A DNA stretch of 64,000 bases from Synechococcus sp. SB0662_bin_14 (GCA_009840445.1 VXNS01000008.1:2715-66714); one strand, 5' to 3'; counted from the stretch's first letter, positions 42,184 through 52,168 are shown. A program made the numbers and translations. Notes: generated from the letters alone by a model not told the origin.

Positions 42184-43416
42184 ATGGACAACAGTAGCGG
42201 CTACGGCACTCTGGACGGACAGTCAGCCGCCAAGATCGTCCCTGCTCAAAATGCTCGCATCCGTGTTGTCGGGGTTGGCGGGGGCGGCAGCAACGCCGTG
42301 AATCGTATGATCGAAAGCGATTTACAATGCGTGGATCATTGGGTTCTCAACACCGATGCTCAGGTCCTGCTCTGCTCATCGGCGAAGAACTGTCTTCAGC
42401 TTGGTCAGCGGCTCACCCAAGGTCTTGGCGCGGGAGGCAACCCGTCCATCGGCAAGAAGTCGGCCGAGGAGTCCCGATCAGAGATCCAGCAGATGATGGA
42501 GGGGGCCAACCTGGTGTTCATCACAGCGGGCATGGGGGGGGGTACAGGAACTGGCGCTGCTCCCGTAGTGTCCGAGTTGGCCAGGGAGTCCGGGGCACTC
42601 ACGGTGGCCATTGTCACCAAGCCGTTCAAGTTTGAGGGTCGCCGCCGGGCCGCGCAAGCGGAGCAGGGGATTCGGGAGTTGTCCGCCCACGTGGACAGCC
42701 TGATTGTCATTCCCAACGATCAGCTTCGCAGCTCTAGCGTTTCCGGTGGGCGTTTGCAAGACGTCTTCAGCAGTGCGGACGATATCCTCTATTGTGGTGT
42801 CAAGGGCATCAGCGATATCATCACTCAACCAGGGCTGGTGAACGTGGACTTCGCCGACGTCCATTCCGTGATGAAGAACGCTGGCACGGCGTTGCTGGGC
42901 ATCGGCAAAAGCTCGGGCCGCTCCCGCGCCAAAGAGGCTTCTCTTGCAGCCATTAACAACGATTTACTGGAATGCAAGAAAATTCATGGGGCTAAGGGGT
43001 GCATCATCAACGTCACCGGGGGGAGAGACATGACCCTGGATGACCTGACGGAGGCCTCGGAGGTGATTACAGCCATGGTGGATCCAAGCGCCAACATTAT
43101 TGTGGGTGCGGTACAGGATGATTCCATTGAAGGAGAAACAACCGTTACTATTATTGCAACAGGTTTTGATCGCGACACAAGCTATGCGAAGGAGCAAGGG
43201 AGCCACGTTGTTGAGTCCCGAAACAACCTCCTGGAGGAACAGGATTCCTTCACGCCGTCCCTTGACGAGAGGCCTGGGGCAAAAATTCCCTACTTCCTTG
43301 AGACGCGCCGTGGTCGCAACCGCAATCCCCAGTCTCTGCATGGAGCTTCGGGCAATGGCAGCGGTCCAGACACCGTATCCCATCCATCGGAAGACAGGGT
43401 CTCGGCAAATCGTTAG
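42184..43416 (+). CDS. ftsZ: Cell division protein FtsZ
   Basis: GVGGGGSNA, GMGGGTGTG and NVDFADV motifs. Confidence 0.97.
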   Translation: MDNSSGYGTLDGQSAAKIVPAQNARIRVVGVGGGGSNAVNRMIESDLQCVDHWVLNTDAQVLLCSSAKNCLQLGQRLTQGLGAGGNPSIGKKSAEESRSEIQQMMEGANLVFITAGMGGGTGTGAAPVVSELARESGALTVAIVTKPFKFEGRRRAAQAEQGIRELSAHVDSLIVIPNDQLRSSSVSGGRLQDVFSSADDILYCGVKGISDIITQPGLVNVDFADVHSVMKNAGTALLGIGKSSGRSRAKEASLAAINNDLLECKKIHGAKGCIINVTGGRDMTLDDLTEASEVITAMVDPSANIIVGAVQDDSIEGETTVTIIATGFDRDTSYAKEQGSHVVESRNNLLEEQDSFTPSLDERPGAKIPYFLETRRGRNRNPQSLHGASGNGSGPDTVSHPSEDRVSANR

Positions 43417-43514
43417 GTGACCCGGAGTCCACGCCAATCCCGAGCATCCCGTGTGGCTGCTGCCTTCCGGCTCTGACCAGGTTTGGGCGTCTGGAACGCG
43501 TGGGTCCGAGTCAC
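43417..43514 (-). ncRNA. ffs: Signal recognition particle RNA (4.5S)
   Basis: Reverse strand contains GGTCAGAGCCGGAAGGCAGCAGCC (domain IV motif) within a long hairpin closed by GTGAC/GTCAC. Confidence 0.92.
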
Positions 43515-43548
43515 GTCAATAATAGCATCTGCATGACCAGGGTGCCAT

Positions 43549-44364
43549 TTGCCTCTCACGATTCGGGATTTGCAGAATTACAAGCGTCAGGGGCGCATCA
43601 TTACGGCCCTGACCGCCTGGGATGCTTTGAGCGGGGCTTGGGTAGAGGCCTCGGGTTGTGACGTGGCCTTGGTGGGAGATTCCCTGGCCATGGTGAGCCT
43701 GGGGCACGCCACAACCCTGCCCGTCTCCCTGGAGGCCATGGTGCATCACACCCAGGCGGTGGGTCGGGCAATCCAGCGGCCTCTACTGGTGGCGGACCTC
43801 CCCTTCCTCAGCTATCAGTGTGGCGCTGAGCAGGCCGTGGCCGCGGCGGGTCGCTTTCTCAAGGAAACCCCATGTCAGGCCGTCAAGCTGGAGGGGGCCG
43901 AACCAGAGACGACGGCGGTGATCAGCCGACTGGTGCGGACCGGTATCCCGGTGATGGGCCACCTGGGACTCACGCCCCAGTCTGTCCATTGCCTGGGGTG
44001 GGGTCGCCAGGCTCGCAGCGCCCCCGATCAAGAGCGGTTACGGCAGAAAGCCTTGGACCTGCAGCAGCAGGGATGCTTTGCCCTGGTGCTGGAGCACGTC
44101 CCGGCGGTGCTGGCCAGCGGACTACGGCGGGAGCTGGAGATTCCCGTGCTGGGCATTGGCGCCGGCCCGGATTGTGACGGTCAGATTCTGGTGACGGCCG
44201 ACCTGCTGGGACTCACCCCCAGCCAGCCCCCCTTCGTGAAGCCACGGCTTCAGGGGGCGGCCATGTTCAAGCAGGCTCTACAAGGCTGGTGTCATGAGCA
44301 GCGCCACCAGGAGCAAACAGCTCCTCCACCCACAGCAGGCAATCCGCCAACACCTGGTTGCTGA
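43549..44364 (+). CDS. panB: 3-methyl-2-oxobutanoate hydroxymethyltransferase
   Basis: LVGDSLAM, ADLPF, VKLEG and GHLGLTPQ motifs. Confidence 0.97.
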   Translation: MPLTIRDLQNYKRQGRIITALTAWDALSGAWVEASGCDVALVGDSLAMVSLGHATTLPVSLEAMVHHTQAVGRAIQRPLLVADLPFLSYQCGAEQAVAAAGRFLKETPCQAVKLEGAEPETTAVISRLVRTGIPVMGHLGLTPQSVHCLGWGRQARSAPDQERLRQKALDLQQQGCFALVLEHVPAVLASGLRRELEIPVLGIGAGPDCDGQILVTADLLGLTPSQPPFVKPRLQGAAMFKQALQGWCHEQRHQEQTAPPPTAGNPPTPGC

Positions 44365-45493
44365 GACGAAATCCTTGGGGTTGACTCAGACGCAGGCAGG
44401 GTCCTTCACAACACAGCAAGCCTTGGGCACAGTCCCTCTCCAGCCGTGGTGACAGGGTCATCAAGGCCTCCGGCGGCAAGGAGCACTGCTGCGCCAGTTG
44501 CCGACAATTGACCCCTTCACCGCGGCGCAGTCCCGTGATCAGCAAATCCTCCAAGCGCTCTTTAGCACTGGCGGGAGGATGCACCCCATGTCGTGGTCCA
44601 CGGAGCCATGTCTGATAGCCGGAACGGGTGCGGGGGCGGATCAGCCGTTGCCCCGCCACGCTGCTGGCGGCCCCCATGCCAAAGCCCCACCACTGCCCGC
44701 CTCCCCAATACACCCGATTGTGGCGACAGGCATGGCCGGGCAGGGCAAAGCTGGAAATTTCATAGCGCCGCAAGCCGGCCGCCTCCAGCCGCTGGGCTGC
44801 CCGATCCAGCATGGCCGCAGAGGTGTTCTCCGGCGGCAAGGACAGACGCCCCTGCTCCAGCCAGCGGTCAAAGACCGTTCCCTCGCCGATGGTGAGGTCA
44901 TAGAGGGACACATGGGGGGGAGCCAGGGACAAGGCCTGGTCCAGGGTTGCCTCCCACAGAGCCGGGGTGAGACCCGGCAGACCGGAGATGAGATCCAGGC
45001 TCCAGCGGCACAGGCCTGCGGCTCTCAACAGCGCCGCAGCGGTCTCAATATCCCGGCGGCTGTGGCGGCGCCCGATGGCCGCCAGCAGCCCATCCTCAAA
45101 ACTCTGCGCCCCAAGACTGACGCGGTTCACACCCGCTGCACGGTAACCCTCCAGGCGCTCGGCAGAAACATCCGCCGGGTCCAGTTCCATGGTGATCTCC
45201 GCACCAGGAGCCAGGCCAAACTGGTGGTTCAACAAGGCCAACAGCCATGCCGTCTGCGGGGCGCTCAGCAGGGAGGGGGTGCCGCCGCCCATGTACACGG
45301 TGGAGAGGGGGGGACCCGCCGGGCTGGTGCTGATTTCCTCCTCCAACCAGCCGAGGTACTCCGCTACGGAGCCGGACGTGGCCCCATCCGCCCGCTCCCC
45401 CAAGGGCACAACGGGAAAATCACAGTAAAAACAACGGCGATGGCAAAAGGGAATATGCACATACGCACTGCGTGGCTTTGAAGAGGCCATCAT
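44267..45493 (-). CDS. hemW: Radical SAM heme chaperone HemW (HemN-like)
   Basis: YVHIPFCHRRCFYCDF, GGGTPS and YEISSFA motifs. Confidence 0.9.
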   Translation of the reverse strand: MMASSKPRSAYVHIPFCHRRCFYCDFPVVPLGERADGATSGSVAEYLGWLEEEISTSPAGPPLSTVYMGGGTPSLLSAPQTAWLLALLNHQFGLAPGAEITMELDPADVSAERLEGYRAAGVNRVSLGAQSFEDGLLAAIGRRHSRRDIETAAALLRAAGLCRWSLDLISGLPGLTPALWEATLDQALSLAPPHVSLYDLTIGEGTVFDRWLEQGRLSLPPENTSAAMLDRAAQRLEAAGLRRYEISSFALPGHACRHNRVYWGGGQWWGFGMGAASSVAGQRLIRPRTRSGYQTWLRGPRHGVHPPASAKERLEDLLITGLRRGEGVNCRQLAQQCSLPPEALMTLSPRLERDCAQGLLCCEGPCLRLSQPQGFRLSNQVLADCLLWVEELFAPGGAAHDTSLVEPA

Positions 45494-45571
45494 GGTGTGG
45501 CAACCCGGTTCAAACTCTGCCCTTCTCCCACGGCACCTGTTGTGATTTTTAGCGATCACCCCAGCGCAGAG

Positions 45572-46675
45572 ATGACCGCACCCCTATTCGAGCGCATCCT
45601 GCCGTTGATCAACGCCCTGGAGCGCCCCTGGCTCTGGCTGATTGGCGTCGGGGTGGTGCTGGGGCTGGCCATGGCCCTGCTGGTCCAGCAGGTGCGCAAC
45701 TGCCTCCGGGTCGAGGAACGTCAGCTTCCCTGGGACATTCTGCTGATTCGCGCCGCCGGCCTCAGTCTGGGGTTGGTGCTGGCCAATCTTCTGGCGGCGC
45801 CCTTACTGCTGCTGCCCTTACCGGAGTCATGGCAACCGGTCAAACCCGTTGCCCTGGTGCTGGCCAACCTGGTGCTGGGGTTGGCTGGTCTCGTTGTGGG
45901 ACAGTTGCGGGGGCAAGCCCTGCGCCGCCTTCTGGGGGCCACCAGCAGTGAAACCTTGCTGCTGGAAGAGGGCCTGGTGCAGCGCTCCGCCCCCAAAATC
46001 CTTGACACCAGCGCCGCGATTGACGGGCGCATCGGGGCGCTTCTGGACTCCGGTCTGCTGGAGGGTCAAGTGATCATCCCCCAGGTGGTGCTGGAGGAGT
46101 TGCAAACCCTGGCGGACTCCGGGAAAGGGGAAAAACGCAGCCGCGGCAGGCGGGGATTGGACAATCTGTCCGCCCTGCGCCGTGACTACGGTCGCCGCAT
46201 CGTCACCAACAGCACCAGCTACGACGGCGAGGCCGTGGACGAGAAACTCCTGCAACTCACCGGCGACGCCAGCGGCATCCTCATCACCACGGACTACACC
46301 CTGGCCCAGGTGGGGCGTCTGCGCAACATCCAGGTGCTCAGCTTGAGTGAACTGGTGGTGGCCCTGCGGCCCGAAGCGCAGCCGGGGGATCAATTCACCC
46401 TGAAGCTGGTGCGCCAGGGCAAGGAACCGGGACAGGCCATCGCCTACCTGGAGGACGGCACCATGGTGGTGGTGGATAACGCCAAAGCGCTCATTGGCCA
46501 GTCAAGAAACGTGACCATCACCGGCGCCCTGCAAACCAATTCCGGCCGCATGGTGTTCGGCCAACTCAGCCCCGGGGCGGAATCTCCAGGGGCAAGCCAG
46601 CCTCCCCCCCGGTCTGGGAATCGGGGGCACCGCAAAGAGCCGCAAAGAGCCGCAAAGAAAGGTGACCAGACATAG
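45572..46675 (+). CDS. PIN/TRAM domain membrane protein
   Basis: LDTSAAIDGRI, KRSRGRRGLD and GKEPGQAIAYLEDGTMVVV motifs. Confidence 0.93.
   Translation: MTAPLFERILPLINALERPWLWLIGVGVVLGLAMALLVQQVRNCLRVEERQLPWDILLIRAAGLSLGLVLANLLAAPLLLLPLPESWQPVKPVALVLANLVLGLAGLVVGQLRGQALRRLLGATSSETLLLEEGLVQRSAPKILDTSAAIDGRIGALLDSGLLEGQVIIPQVVLEELQTLADSGKGEKRSRGRRGLDNLSALRRDYGRRIVTNSTSYDGEAVDEKLLQLTGDASGILITTDYTLAQVGRLRNIQVLSLSELVVALRPEAQPGDQFTLKLVRQGKEPGQAIAYLEDGTMVVVDNAKALIGQSRNVTITGALQTNSGRMVFGQLSPGAESPGASQPPPRSGNRGHRKEPQRAAKKGDQT
46630..46658 (+). repeat. 10-bp tandem repeat (CCGCAAAGAG) x~3 in the 3' end of the PIN/TRAM gene
   Basis: Seen directly in the sequence. Confidence 0.85.
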
Positions 46676-46864
46676 GACAACCTTCCCTACTGGATGCCCT
46701 CGCACCATGGGAAAGTCAGCCGTGGAGTGGGTTTGCGTGGGCCAGCAGACTGAACAGCGATTTTCCCAGGTTCCTGTTGCGACAACCATAAAGACTCAAG
46801 ACAGAAGGCCCGCAGCGGCGCGCCGGGTCTTCCGCTCATGGGATCTGCGTAGCAATTATCAGAT

Positions 46865-47902
46865 TTAGCTTTTATCCCTTGAAGATATAAATATATTCTC
46901 ACGATGCCATTTTAAGTATTCTAAATGCTTATTAATATCATTGACATGATCAAAGCTGATAGAATTACTATATGGACCAATTTTATCTAAATCTTCAATA
47001 ATATGCCTTGAAGGATGTAAGGTACCATCCTGATTAAAAGTTATCAATCCTTGATCAAATGCAGCGTCCCAAGAAGCGGAAAGAAGCAGACAATTATCTG
47101 GATCTAATCTAATATCCTCAAATTTAGCCCAAGGCTTTATATGAGAAGCTCTTAGTAATTTTGGATTTTTTATACCTGTAAGAGAGCATTGTTCTCGACT
47201 TTTTATAAGATACTCTCTAAGGACATCTTGCCCTATACGTCTTTCTACTATTATCTTTCTTTCTTCTTCATCTTCAGCTAATTTCCCAATTTTACTCTTA
47301 TAATCACTTAACAATAGCCCCTTATCTTTCTCAGGTTTACTACGGATACTAGTATCAGCCTTATTAGTATCTTCTGATTTCGATTCTTCAATTACCTGTT
47401 CAGTGCCAGGCAAATCATTATTTCTTCTAATATAAATCTCTTCTAATTCTAAAATAGTAAGACCATTGACTTTATGATTCCATTCTCGAATTCCGGTAGT
47501 ACTTGTACATAAAATAACGGATGAAGCCTGGGTAGGACTACTAAAACCACAGTTTTCTACCAGCTTAAGGAAATTTCCTTCTTGAATTAAATGACCTTTT
47601 TGTTTAAGTTCGTCTATTTTTTTCATATAAGGCTTAAATCTCCTAGGATAATCTGGATTTCCTCTAATCTTATCTTCAAAGGAATCCTCGAATTTTGCTT
47701 CTTTTATGACTACGAATTCATCCTTTGGATTCTGTCCTTGTGAGAAAGGTTTATGCGGACAATAATCACTGACTGGATTATTAGATGGGTTTTCATGCGG
47801 ATAAAACCCCCTGACTGGATTTGTATGCCCTCTCCGTCTAAGGTAAAATTCCTCTCCTCTTATAGAATCAATAAAATCAGGATTAACAACGTGCCTAGGC
47901 AT
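46865..47902 (-). CDS. HNH endonuclease with N-terminal DUF4357/RAMA-like domain
   Basis: FSSPTQASSVILCTSTTGIREW resembles the DUF4357 consensus; RIGQDVLR...CSLTGI...RASHIKPW...NCLLLSASWDAAFDQGLITF is an HNH domain; very AT-rich. Confidence 0.8.
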   Translation of the reverse strand: MPRHVVNPDFIDSIRGEEFYLRRRGHTNPVRGFYPHENPSNNPVSDYCPHKPFSQGQNPKDEFVVIKEAKFEDSFEDKIRGNPDYPRRFKPYMKKIDELKQKGHLIQEGNFLKLVENCGFSSPTQASSVILCTSTTGIREWNHKVNGLTILELEEIYIRRNNDLPGTEQVIEESKSEDTNKADTSIRSKPEKDKGLLLSDYKSKIGKLAEDEEERKIIVERRIGQDVLREYLIKSREQCSLTGIKNPKLLRASHIKPWAKFEDIRLDPDNCLLLSASWDAAFDQGLITFNQDGTLHPSRHIIEDLDKIGPYSNSISFDHVNDINKHLEYLKWHRENIFISSRDKS

Positions 47903-47929
47903 AACGAAAGACCATAGTAAAAGATTACA

Positions 47930-48061
47930 GGGCACCTCGAAAAATTGCCATCCCCCCGCACGGGAAAGCTTGCTGGCCTACGAGAAATCCCGCTAAAACT
48001 GACTTTCTCATGGTGATACGGCAGCCCTCCAGAGGGCTTTGTCCGATTTTTCGAGGTATCC
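47930..48061. mobile_element. MITE-like element, 132 bp
   Basis: Ends GGGCACCTCGAAAAATTG and (reverse complement) GGATACCTCGAAAAATCG match 15/18 with a 12-bp perfect core; TACA direct repeat at 47926-47929 and 48062-48065. Confidence 0.75.
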
Positions 48062-48269
48062 TACATTTATCGCAAATCCTTTCATTAGTCAATAAGTATG
48101 AATACTTATGGGACTTCACCAAACAACTGTACGCTCTTTGCCCAACTCAGCAGCCCCAGCGGGGAGCCTCCCACCGTCGCACGGGAGAACCCACCCCAAC
48201 CCCGCCAGCACCATGAGTGCCCCTCAACTGGCTAGGCTACCTGCTACGGCCCAGACGAGCAAAAGCACG

Positions 48270-48977
48270 ATGCCCCGAGGAGTCACCACTTCCATCCCCC
48301 AGGCCATCTCCACCGCCTATGAGACGGCGGAGACCAGTGTGCTGCGAACACCGCCGCCCGACCTCCCCTCCCTGATGCTGCGGGAGCGCATCATCTATCT
48401 GGGCTTGCCCCTCTTTTCAGACGACCAGGTGAAACAGCAACTGGGGGTGGACGTGACCGAACTGATCATTGCCCAGTTGCTCTATCTGGAGTTCGACAAT
48501 CCCGACAAGCCCATTTTCTTCTACATCAACTCCACCGGCACAAGCTGGTACTCGGGCGAGGCGGTTGGTTTCGAGACGGAGGCCTTTGCCGTTTGCGACA
48601 CCCTCCGCTACGTGAGGCCACCGGTTCACACCATCTGCATCGGCCAGGCCATGGGCACGGCCGCCATGATTCTTTCCGCCGGCGCCAAGGGGTATCGGGC
48701 TGCCTTGCCCCACGCCTCCGTCGTTCTCCACCAGCCCCGCAGCGGCGCCCGGGGCCAGGCCAGCGACATCCGGATTCGTGCCCAGGAAGTGCTGCACAAC
48801 AAGCGCACCATGCTGAAGATTCTGGCCGCCAACACCGGCCACACCGTGGAGAAGTTGGCCCGGGATTCCGACCGCATGACCTATATGACCGCAGAAGACG
48901 CCAAGGAGTACGGTCTGATTGACCGGGTGCTCACCAGTAGAAAGGAGTTGCCCGCAGCGCCACCGCCAACACCTTGA
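48270..48977 (+). CDS. clpR: ClpR (non-catalytic ClpP-like subunit)
   Basis: [18 protein letters not shown] with the ClpR-type insertion; YINSTG; precedes clpP. Start is uncertain. Confidence 0.85.
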   Translation: MPRGVTTSIPQAISTAYETAETSVLRTPPPDLPSLMLRERIIYLGLPLFSDDQVKQQLGVDVTELIIAQLLYLEFDNPDKPIFFYINSTGTSWYSGEAVGFETEAFAVCDTLRYVRPPVHTICIGQAMGTAAMILSAGAKGYRAALPHASVVLHQPRSGARGQASDIRIRAQEVLHNKRTMLKILAANTGHTVEKLARDSDRMTYMTAEDAKEYGLIDRVLTSRKELPAAPPPTP

Positions 48978-49014
48978 CCCCAACCCGCCTCCCCTCTCAC
49001 CACACTCCTGTCCC

Positions 49015-49611
49015 ATGCCTCTCGGAACCCCCAGCGTCCCCTACCGCCTGCCCGGCAGCCAGTTTGAGCGCTGGGTCGACATCTACACCCGCCTTGGGGT
49101 GGAGCGGATCCTGTTTCTAGGCTCCCAAGTCACCGATGGGGTGGCCAACGCCCTGGTGGCCAACATGTTGTACCTGGACTCCGATACCAGCAAGCCCATC
49201 TACCTGTACATCAACTCTCCCGGTGGTTCCGTCACGGCGGGCATGGCCATCTACGACACCATCCGCTACGTGAAGTCCGACGTGGTCACCATCTGCGTGG
49301 GCCAGGCCGCCAGCATGGGGGCGTTTCTCCTAGCCGCCGGCACGAAGGGCAAGCGTTCGGCACTGCCCCACAGCCGCATCATGATCCACCAGCCCAGCGG
49401 TGGCACCCAGGGGCAGGCCAGTGATATTGCCAGGGAGGCCAAGGAAATCCTCCGCAACCGGGACAGCCTCAATCGGGAGTTGGCGGCCATGTGCAGCCAG
49501 CCGGTGGAGAAGGTGGCCAAGGACTCGGACCGGGACTTCTTCATGGGGGCCGAAGACGCCAAAGCCTATGGTCTGATTGATCGGGTCATCGCCCACCCCG
49601 GTGAGGCGTAG
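49015..49611 (+). CDS. clpP: ATP-dependent Clp protease proteolytic subunit (ClpP3 type)
   Basis: [17 protein letters not shown] and IMIHQP motifs. Confidence 0.95.
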   Translation: MPLGTPSVPYRLPGSQFERWVDIYTRLGVERILFLGSQVTDGVANALVANMLYLDSDTSKPIYLYINSPGGSVTAGMAIYDTIRYVKSDVVTICVGQAASMGAFLLAAGTKGKRSALPHSRIMIHQPSGGTQGQASDIAREAKEILRNRDSLNRELAAMCSQPVEKVAKDSDRDFFMGAEDAKAYGLIDRVIAHPGEA

Positions 49612-49705
49612 AAGCTGCCGTGGTGGGGATGTGGTCATGGATCCTTGACAGTGGCTCCCTGAACACGGGCACGCAAGGGGCAAAGCTGCTAAAGCAAAGA
49701 GAATT

Positions 49706-50122
49706 TTGTTAACCTTCTTGGATCTCAAAACCGCTTTTGCTGCTGTTGGCCATTGCGCTGTGTGGTCCGATCTGGACGTGAGCGACGTGGAGAGGAACGC
49801 CTTTTTTGAGGAACTCAACGCTCGCCACCCCTACAACGCCATGGAAGAGGAGGAGTGGCTTGCCCTCACGGATCAGTTGTGGGACCGGCACCGCAAGGAC
49901 GGGCAAGAGGCCATGTTGGCAGAAGCGACCACAGCCTTGAGCCCCGGCCAGCAACTCACCGCCTTTGCCATGGCCTGCAAAATCGTCGCCAGTGACAACC
50001 GGATCAATCACGACGAGATCAGCTTTCTCATCCGTCTCGCCGAGACCAACGGTCTCAACATCCTGGAGAGTCGCACCATCCTCAGCGTGATGCAAATTCT
50101 CTGCCTGGATGCCTTGGCCTAG
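49706..50122 (+). CDS. TerB-like (tellurite resistance family) protein
   Basis: AVWSDLDVSDVE and IVASDNRINHDE: a duplicated (A/S)D-x-x-x-x-x-x-E metal-site pattern. Confidence 0.7.
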   Translation: MLTFLDLKTAFAAVGHCAVWSDLDVSDVERNAFFEELNARHPYNAMEEEEWLALTDQLWDRHRKDGQEAMLAEATTALSPGQQLTAFAMACKIVASDNRINHDEISFLIRLAETNGLNILESRTILSVMQILCLDALA

Positions 50123-50167
50123 AGTACTTAGGACCAGCAATCCTCCACTGGGGTCAGGTTCCTTTCG

Positions 50168-51163
50168 ATGGCCAATCTTTTCTACGACAACGACGCTGAT
50201 CTCTCGGTCCTGACCACAAGGACGGTGGCCATCATCGGCTACGGCTCCCAGGGCCATGCCCATGCCCTCAACCTCAGGGACAGTGGGGTGAAGGTGGTTG
50301 TGGGTCTTTATGAGGGGAGCCGCTCCGCCGCCAAAGCCCGGGCGGACGGCCTGGAGGTGGTGTCGGTGCAGGAGGCCGCCGCCCGGGCGGACTGGATCAT
50401 GCTGTTGCTACCGGACGAAGTCCAGAAGCAGGTGTACGAGGCATCCGTGGCGCCCCACCTCACTGCGGGAAAGGTGCTCAGCTTTGCCCACGGCTTCAAC
50501 ATTCGCTTCCAGCTTGTTGTGCCCCCCACGGACGTGGACGTGGTGATGATTGCCCCCAAGGGGCCGGGTCACACGGTGCGTTGGGAGTATGAAAACGGCC
50601 AGGGTGTTCCGGCCCTCTTCGCCATTGCCCAGGATGCTTCCGGTCAGGCCCGCCCGTTGGCCATGGCCTACGCCAAAGGCATCGGCGCCACCCGGGCGGG
50701 CATCTTGGAAACCAGCTTCAAGGAGGAGACGGAGACGGACCTGTTCGGGGAGCAGGCCGTGCTCTGTGGCGGCCTGAGCGCCCTGGTGAAGGCGGGCTTT
50801 GAAACCCTGGTGGAGGCGGGCTATCAGCCGGAACTGGCCTACTTCGAGTGCCTCCACGAGGTGAAGCTGATTGTGGATCTGATGGTGAAAGGTGGTCTCA
50901 CCGCCATGCGGGACTCCATCTCCAACACCGCTGAATACGGTGATTACGTCAGTGGCCCCCGCCTCATCACGGAGGACACCAGAGCGGAGATGCGGCGGCT
51001 GCTGGCGGAGATCCAGGACGGCAGCTTTGCCAAGCAGTTCGTGGCGGAGTGCGAGGCGGGCAAGCCCCGGATGAACGCCATGCGCAAGCAGGATCAGGAT
51101 CATCCCGTGGAGGCTGTGGGCCAACGGCTGCGGGCCATGTTCAGTTGGCTGAAGGCCGCCTGA
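50168..51163 (+). CDS. ilvC: Ketol-acid reductoisomerase
   Basis: [11 protein letters not shown] and [14 protein letters not shown] motifs. Confidence 0.98.
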   Translation: MANLFYDNDADLSVLTTRTVAIIGYGSQGHAHALNLRDSGVKVVVGLYEGSRSAAKARADGLEVVSVQEAAARADWIMLLLPDEVQKQVYEASVAPHLTAGKVLSFAHGFNIRFQLVVPPTDVDVVMIAPKGPGHTVRWEYENGQGVPALFAIAQDASGQARPLAMAYAKGIGATRAGILETSFKEETETDLFGEQAVLCGGLSALVKAGFETLVEAGYQPELAYFECLHEVKLIVDLMVKGGLTAMRDSISNTAEYGDYVSGPRLITEDTRAEMRRLLAEIQDGSFAKQFVAECEAGKPRMNAMRKQDQDHPVEAVGQRLRAMFSWLKAA

Positions 51164-51184
51164 CGCCGTTGCGGTTGCGCTGCC

Positions 51185-52168
51185 GTGTCCCCACTGGCGG
51201 GCTGGGGCCTGTTGGCGGCCGCCAGTGGGTTGGATTGGCTGCTGGGGGATCCCCTGGCCTGGCCCCACCCTGTGCAGGTGATGGGCTGGGGCATCAACCG
51301 GCTGCGCCATGGGCTGGAGCCCTTGTGCCGCCAACAGCCCCGACGGCTCCAACTGGTCGGAGTGGCGTTGGCGGCCGCCATGGTGCTGTTGGCCATGGGG
51401 GCGGGCATGACCCTGGAGTGGAGTACACGGCGCTGGCCGCTGTTGGGCACCCCCTGGTTGATTCTGGCCATGGCCAGTTGTCTGGCTGGGCGCAGCCTGC
51501 GCCAACGGGTCATGGCGGTGCTGGCCCGGCTGGAGCCCTCCCCGGATCTTCCCACCGCCCGTCAGGCCCTGGCCAGGATCGTGGGGCGCGACGTGACGGA
51601 CCTGAGCCGCCGCCATATCCTGCGGGGCGTGGCGGAAAGCGCCAGCGAAAACGCCGTTGACGGGGCCTTTGCCCCCCTGTTCTGGATGGGGGTGGGGGTG
51701 GCGCTCCAGGCCCTGTGGGGGGAAGGGGCGCCGGGTCCGGTGGCCATGGGCTGGTGCTTCAAGGCGGTGAGCACCATGGATTCCATGGTGGGCTATCGGC
51801 AGGGAACCCTGCGCTGGCTGGGAACCGCCGCCGCCCGGCTGGAGGACGGGATGGTGTGGCTGCCCTGCCGCCTGGCGGTGCTGAGCCTGGGGGTCATGGT
51901 GGGGCGACCCCTATGGCTGTTGACCGTGGCCCAACGGGATGGGGCCGCGGATCCGTCCCCCAATGCCAGTGTCTCCATGGCGGCCTATGCCCATGCTGTC
52001 GGGGTCCGGTTGGGAGGGCGCAACCGCTACGGCCGGGAGGAACGGGACAAACCCCTGTTGGCCGCCGGCCACCCGGATCCCCAACCCGCCAGTGTGCTGG
52101 CCATGGTGGACCTGACCCGACGGGGTCTGGTGCTGTGGCTGGTGCTGGCGGGCGCGCTCAGTTGCTGA
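51185..52168 (+). CDS. cobD: Adenosylcobinamide-phosphate synthase
   Basis: GDP..WPHPV, ESASENAVDG and TMDSMVGY motifs. Confidence 0.93.
   Translation: MSPLAGWGLLAAASGLDWLLGDPLAWPHPVQVMGWGINRLRHGLEPLCRQQPRRLQLVGVALAAAMVLLAMGAGMTLEWSTRRWPLLGTPWLILAMASCLAGRSLRQRVMAVLARLEPSPDLPTARQALARIVGRDVTDLSRRHILRGVAESASENAVDGAFAPLFWMGVGVALQALWGEGAPGPVAMGWCFKAVSTMDSMVGYRQGTLRWLGTAAARLEDGMVWLPCRLAVLSLGVMVGRPLWLLTVAQRDGAADPSPNASVSMAAYAHAVGVRLGGRNRYGREERDKPLLAAGHPDPQPASVLAMVDLTRRGLVLWLVLAGALSC

Noticed and set aside
47930-48061. Retron msr-msd interpretation of the inverted-repeat element
   Set aside because: No reverse transcriptase lies in the window, and the 4-bp target duplication favours a transposon-derived MITE.
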